Below, one piece after another: positions 42,810 to 46,941 of a DNA stretch of 46,941 nt. Position numbers and translations under genes: made by a program. The first letter of the stretch is position 1; each line of letters begins with the position of its first letter. The stretch covers positions 1 through 46,941 of IMG/VR virus record IMGVR_UViG_3300048586_000076, one strand, 5' to 3'. The DNA comes from a virus. Its lineage: Duplodnaviria > Caudoviricetes. Below the pieces are notes generated by a model. That model searched no databases. It worked only from the letters and a program-made list of their open reading frames with translations, and had not been told where the DNA came from.

Positions 42810-45800
42810 TGGGCGTCTATGATTACCTGGCCGATCCGGCTTCGCCTGAGCCGGACGGCTTCGACGGCGTGACGCAAGCGCCCAAGCCCGACATGGGCCT
42901 GACGGACGCAAACCCTTACGACGCGATCGCCACGGAAATGGCAAATGAGGAAACGGCGCGCGTCGATCAAGCCCTGAAAGTCGCCGGCCGCATCGATCCT
43001 GAGCGCTATATCGACGCGCAACGGGTGGCGTTCAACGTCGGCGTGCCACTCGATCAAGCCCTGAACGATAACGACGGCGAACTCGCGCGCGCGCAACGCG
43101 TCGCTGAGACGCGGAAAATCCTGGAGGGCAATCCGAAGCTGGCCGAATGGTTCGCTGAAAAGGACAACGGGAACGTCGTCAAATTCGATGAACTGAAAAA
43201 GCTGGACGGCGTCTCGTGGTTGACGTCGGCGGCCGGCGCGGCGTGGAAAGAAGGCAAGCGCGACGTCCGCCTGAATTCGCTGCGGTGGGCGCAAATGAAC
43301 GGCGAAGCGACGCCGGAAATGATCGCCGAAGCGAACAAGCTGAATGAGGAACAGCTTGCGGAAGGCAAGCGCACATTCGGCGCGGACGGCATTCTCGATG
43401 AGGCTTGGACGCTGGCCGTGCAGCAGTTGCCGAATATGGCATACACGATAACGGAAACGATCAAGGGCGGCCTCGGCGGGGCCACGGCCGGCGCGGCTGC
43501 CGGCGCTCTGATTGGCGATGAGGCTGGCGCGATCACGGGCGCGGCGCTCGCGGCTCCGGTCGGCGCGGTTTACAAGGGCTTCATGGCGTCGGCTGCTCTG
43601 GAAGGCGGCGCGGCCTATAACGAATTCCTCAATTTCAAAAACAGCGACGGCACCGGTATCGATGAGCCTGTCGCCCGTCGTGCCGCGCAAGTCGTCGGCC
43701 TGGTCAACGGCTCGCTGGAATTGGTCGGCTTGAAATATACGGTCGGGCTTATCCCCGGCGTCGATCGCCTGTTCCGCTCGGCCGTGCGTGAGGGCGTGGC
43801 GGAAGCGATCAAGGATCGGACGGTGCAGCGTGCGCTCGTCGGGCTCGGCGCGAACGTGGCGAAGTCTGTCGCTGTGGAGACCGGCACCGAAGGCCTGCAG
43901 GAATTTGCCCCGGCGATCGGCGGCGAACTCGTGAAAGCGCTCGGTGGCAAGGACGTCGAACGCGCGTCGCTCGGCGACATTGCCGGTCGCGTGCGCGATG
44001 CGATGGTCGACACGGCCAAGGCGCAAATCATCCTCGGGCCGTTGTATGCCTCGCCGCGTTTCGTTCGCGATATCCAAATGGCACGGCGCGCGTCGCGGGT
44101 CGAGCAATCCGTCCGCGATCTGATTGAGAATGCCAAGGATAATTCGGCGCTCATTGATCGCAGTCCGGACCGGGCAAAAGAAGCGATCGACAAGCTGACC
44201 GAAGCTGGCGGCTCTTTCGATCGGATATTCATCCCGGCGGAACAGGCGCGCGAATTGTTCCAGTCGCATCCTGAGCTTGAGCAAGCTATGCCCGGCTTCA
44301 CGGCGCGGCTCGCGGAAAGCACCGCGACCGGCGGCGATTTCGAAATGTCGACGTCGGAATTCTACGCCCACCTGGCGCGGACCGAACTTGCGGAAGCGAT
44401 CTTGCCGAACATGCGGCTGTCGCCGGATGGCGTCACAATCTCGCAAGCGCGCAAGTTTAACGAAGCGGTGCAAGAGGTTCGTCAGTCGATGTTCGATATG
44501 GACGTCGAAGCGCTGCGGGCCGAACGGGAGAAGATGGGGCCGGAGGCGCGCGTTTATGATTTCGTGCGCGAACAATCGATCCGCACGGGAAACTCTCCGA
44601 CGGTCGCGAATGATCACGCGAATATGTATCAGTTTTTTTTCGGCACGCTGGCGAAGCGATGGGGCGACGGAGAGGACGCCTTTTCGATGTTCGCGCCCTA
44701 CGGCTTCCGCATGCAGCGCGAAATGCCGGACGCCGTCCCGTATCAGAAGCGGACCGAATTCGACCTGGTGCTAGATGCGATCCGCGCCGGCAAGTCCGGC
44801 CAAGCCGAACTGGCGGTCCAGCGTGCGAAAGGGCCGACACTCGGCGAATGGCTGAAACGCCGCGGCGGCATCGTCGGCGATGAAACGGCGTCCGAACTGA
44901 CGTCGGCCGGAATGCAGCAATACATTGCGCGCGTCGATCCCAAGACGGGCCGCGTGGTGAGCGGGCGCGCGCGACGCGAACGGCTGCAGGCGCTTGCGAA
45001 CTATCAGATTGACGGCACGATACAGGCGGCGCGGGAGGAAGGCTTTTTCGATGACCTCGGGCCGGACGCTGAAATCGGCCTGAATGAATTCATGGAAGCG
45101 CTGTCACGCGATACTTATTCGCCGCGTCTCGCGTCCGAACCGCAATCGTTCCTGGCGTCGATCGCGCAAACGACGGACATGCTCGCCGAACTCGGCATCG
45201 ATATCAGTGCCGACAATGAAACGATCCGCGCGCAAATTGCGGCGGCTGCCGCCGGTCAGCCGCAAGAGGGCGATCTATTCCAGTTTGCCGGGCAATTCGC
45301 GTTCGGGCTCAACAATGCAAAGCTGACTGAGGCGCGGGCGATGGACCTGCGCGGTGAGCTTGCCGGCGATATCTTCGACCAGACTGGATTTTTCAAAGGC
45401 GCTGATGGCGCGTGGCGTTTCGAGATTGCCGACAATGAGGCGTCGTTCGCCGCACAGTGGGAAATGCTTGAGACGGGCAAGGACTACAAACTGAGCATGC
45501 TGCTCAAGCATGACAAGCTGTTTGCGGCCTATCCGTCGCTGCGAGAAATCACGGTCGAAGTCGACAACGGAATGCTGCTCGGCCGGGCTAATGGCACGTT
45601 CTATCCGGACAAAAGCCATATCGCCCTGAGCCAAAAGCTTCCGAAAGACAAAGCGCTGTCGACGCTGCTGCATGAAATCGCCCATGCAATCCAGTCGATC
45701 GAGGGGTTTGCGCCGGGCGGCAACACGTCGATGGGCGAACTCTATGAGGGTGAGCGCGTCGAATATCACAAGGCGCGAGCGGCCAAGCTGACTGCGGAAT

Positions 45801-46941
45801 GGGAGGCGACCGCCACCGAACTCGATAGCGCGACAAGCAACGACGATCGCAATCGGCTGCAGCGTGACCTTGACGGCGTCGAACGGGCGCTCCGGATCGA
45901 ACACGCGCAAATGGTGACGGCGGCGAAATACGAATACTACAGACGGCTGGCCGGCGAAGTGGAGGCGCGCAACGTCCAGACGCGTCAAGATTTCGATGAG
46001 CAACAGCGACGCGATATCCCGCCAAACTATTCGCAGGACACGCCCTATAATCAACAGCAGGTCTTGATCGCGCGATCGGAAGTCGCTGGCGACGCATTCG
46101 ACGCCGGCACGCTGGCAATCGACACGCCGGGCAAGAAGCCATTCGATGCGTGGTTCGGCGATAGCAAGGTGGTCGACGCGGACGGCAATCCGCTCGTCGT
46201 TTATCACGGCTCGGCCCGCGTCGATCGGATCGAGGCGCGCAAGAAATTCGACAAGAAGCGCGCGACCTCCGGGCCTATGGCATTCTTCACGAATGACCCG
46301 GCGCTCGCTTCGTCCTATTCGACAAAGAAGGGCGACACGTCGCTGCCGGACGATGGCGGTTATGGCGAATGGTTTCGGATCAAGGTCTATCGCGAGCGCA
46401 ATGCTCGGCCGCTTCCGTCGGCATGGTACGGCATCCCGCAAGAGGAACGCGCGCGCGTGGCGTCGCTGGCTGGCCGCGTCACAATGGACGATCAAAATAA
46501 CATCATCCTCGCGCCGGAGGGGGAAACCAACGGCATCGGCAGTTACGACTATGAATTGAAGCAGGCGCGCGGAAATCACTTTCAAGCGCTGGTCGAAAGC
46601 TGGCTGAATTCCGGAGCGCTGTTCGGGCAAGAGGAAAAATTCTTCGAAGTCCTGCGAACTGCCGGCCTGACGCTGCCTGTCGAAGATCACGATCCGAACA
46701 TGACGCGCGCGGGCGTGATCCCGGTGTACCTGTCGATCAAGAACCCGCTGGACACGTCGAACATTCCGCAATCGGTGGTCGACGCGATCGTTGCCGCGAC
46801 GAAGGGCAAGCGGTCGAACAATCGATCCCTGAATGAGGGGAAAGACTTTTGGGACAAGTCGCTGCGCGATCCGCGCGAATGGGCGCAGCGGCTGCAGGAA
46901 GGTGACGTTTACGTGTGGACGTCAATCCCTGATTGGGTGAC
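42809..46941 (+). CDS. N-terminal half of giant ejection/polyvalent protein (2,672 aa total; LPD23-like and ART-PolyVal-like domains)
   Basis: ATG 42809 (TGATG coupling), in frame with 99..4013 via the overlap. Contains a Gly-zipper segment, TGFFKGADGAWRFEI...LLHEIAHAIQ.IEGF...Y.RLAGEVEARNVQ and WFGDSKVVDADGNPLVVYHG. Confidence 0.85.
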   Translation, partial: MGVYDYLADPASPEPDGFDGVTQAPKPDMGLTDANPYDAIATEMANEETARVDQALKVAGRIDPERYIDAQRVAFNVGVPLDQALNDNDGELARAQRVAETRKILEGNPKLAEWFAEKDNGNVVKFDELKKLDGVSWLTSAAGAAWKEGKRDVRLNSLRWAQMNGEATPEMIAEANKLNEEQLAEGKRTFGADGILDEAWTLAVQQLPNMAYTITETIKGGLGGATAGAAAGALIGDEAGAITGAALAAPVGAVYKGFMASAALEGGAAYNEFLNFKNSDGTGIDEPVARRAAQVVGLVNGSLELVGLKYTVGLIPGVDRLFRSAVREGVAEAIKDRTVQRALVGLGANVAKSVAVETGTEGLQEFAPAIGGELVKALGGKDVERASLGDIAGRVRDAMVDTAKAQIILGPLYASPRFVRDIQMARRASRVEQSVRDLIENAKDNSALIDRSPDRAKEAIDKLTEAGGSFDRIFIPAEQARELFQSHPELEQAMPGFTARLAESTATGGDFEMSTSEFYAHLARTELAEAILPNMRLSPDGVTISQARKFNEAVQEVRQSMFDMDVEALRAEREKMGPEARVYDFVREQSIRTGNSPTVANDHANMYQFFFGTLAKRWGDGEDAFSMFAPYGFRMQREMPDAVPYQKRTEFDLVLDAIRAGKSGQAELAVQRAKGPTLGEWLKRRGGIVGDETASELTSAGMQQYIARVDPKTGRVVSGRARRERLQALANYQIDGTIQAAREEGFFDDLGPDAEIGLNEFMEALSRDTYSPRLASEPQSFLASIAQTTDMLAELGIDISADNETIRAQIAAAAAGQPQEGDLFQFAGQFAFGLNNAKLTEARAMDLRGELAGDIFDQTGFFKGADGAWRFEIADNEASFAAQWEMLETGKDYKLSMLLKHDKLFAAYPSLREITVEVDNGMLLGRANGTFYPDKSHIALSQKLPKDKALSTLLHEIAHAIQSIEGFAPGGNTSMGELYEGERVEYHKARAAKLTAEWEATATELDSATSNDDRNRLQRDLDGVERALRIEHAQMVTAAKYEYYRRLAGEVEARNVQTRQDFDEQQRRDIPPNYSQDTPYNQQQVLIARSEVAGDAFDAGTLAIDTPGKKPFDAWFGDSKVVDADGNPLVVYHGSARVDRIEARKKFDKKRATSGPMAFFTNDPALASSYSTKKGDTSLPDDGGYGEWFRIKVYRERNARPLPSAWYGIPQEERARVASLAGRVTMDDQNNIILAPEGETNGIGSYDYELKQARGNHFQALVESWLNSGALFGQEEKFFEVLRTAGLTLPVEDHDPNMTRAGVIPVYLSIKNPLDTSNIPQSVVDAIVAATKGKRSNNRSLNEGKDFWDKSLRDPREWAQRLQEGDVYVWTSIPDWV
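46815..46941. repeat. Terminal direct repeat, right copy
   Basis: Identical to nt 1-127. Confidence 0.97.

Noticed and set aside
1-46941. tRNA genes, DNA/RNA polymerase, alternative genetic code
   Set aside because: No cloverleaf or polymerase motifs were recognised, and standard-code ORFs tile the genome densely using all three stop codons.

Overview
The window is a complete, circularly permuted genome of a high-GC tailed dsDNA phage. Its unit length is 46,814 bp, and nt 1-127 equal nt 46815-46941, which is an assembly overlap. The virion module is podovirus-type and resembles Bordetella phage BPP-1: portal, scaffold, capsid, cement, tail adaptor and nozzle, and three ejection proteins. The largest ejection protein is a 2,672-aa polyvalent protein that spans the contig junction and is only partly captured by the ORF track. 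The genome also carries a tail fibre, a lysis cassette (endolysin, spanins, holin candidates), RecE/RecT, a Cro-like HTH protein, an SF2 helicase, a VRR-NUC nuclease, a CHC2-TOPRIM-VapE primase-helicase, an AT-rich repeat-rich putative origin and two blocks of small accessory genes. I recognise no integrase, CI-type repressor, DNA polymerase or DGR. An alphaproteobacterial host is inferred, not shown. The most striking unexplained structure is a candidate RNA-based regulon. A ~70-nt promoter- and terminator-flanked minus-strand RNA at ~16374-16444 is complementary to a TGACAGGA-type motif over the ribosome-binding region of five early genes in different parts of the genome, including the primase. 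Other notable signals are a short boundary repeat separating small gene cassettes (11235-11943), an AGAGACGCGG-N24-TTGAC element in front of both late units, and a hydrophobic leader on the major capsid protein. All family assignments come from motifs recognised by eye, not from database searches.
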